Shown: piece after piece, positions 63,839 through 64,000 of the stretch
Position numbering within the stretch: position 1 is the first letter of the stretch
Layout: every line of letters begins with the position of its first letter
Assembly: GCF_006345805.1 (NCBI RefSeq)
Contig: NC_043004.1
Span: forward strand, 99,014,001-99,078,000
Direction: 5' to 3'
Source of the DNA: Octopus sinensis
Taxonomy: Eukaryota
DNA: 64,000 nucleotides
The notes under the pieces: generated by a model
What the model was told of the DNA's origin: nothing
Database searches by the model: none
What the model saw: the letters and a program-made list of their open reading frames with translations, nothing else
Position numbers and translations under genes: made by a program

Positions 63839-64000
63839 CACACACAAGAAAATCACCATTCGATTATCTATATTTCCATGCTGGCATGTCTTAGATATAA
63901 CTCTCATTGAGGCAGATTATCAGTGGCCAGATACCCTTCTTCCTAATATTAACCCTCAGTTGTTTCCAAGTAAGGTAGTATATCCTAAAGTCAGATATAT

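Overview
AT-rich, repeat-saturated eukaryotic DNA with no confidently identifiable host protein-coding gene. Nearly all long ORFs in the track are translations of microsatellites or a minisatellite. The SINE families and microsatellite load resemble coleoid cephalopod (Octopus-like) DNA; this is an inference, not a database result. The window holds about 18 copies of one tRNA-headed SINE (family A), about 13 of family B, about 10 of family C and a few other SINEs. It also holds decayed CR1 and RTE LINE fragments, five Tc1/mariner remnants, three non-autonomous Helitrons, three TIR-bounded MITE types and many compound microsatellites. The most notable signal is a set of type I hammerhead-ribozyme-like (HHR) motifs in several unrelated repeats. 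The best case is a decayed head-to-head tandem array with a 348-nt period at about 59.1-60.1 kb that resembles a retrozyme or Penelope pseudo-LTR array. There is also one copy with an intact catalytic core at 28.93-29.03 kb. A 15-bp minisatellite apparently arose inside an RTE ORF2. All alignments and folds were done by eye and boundaries are approximate unless a TSD or terminus is quoted.
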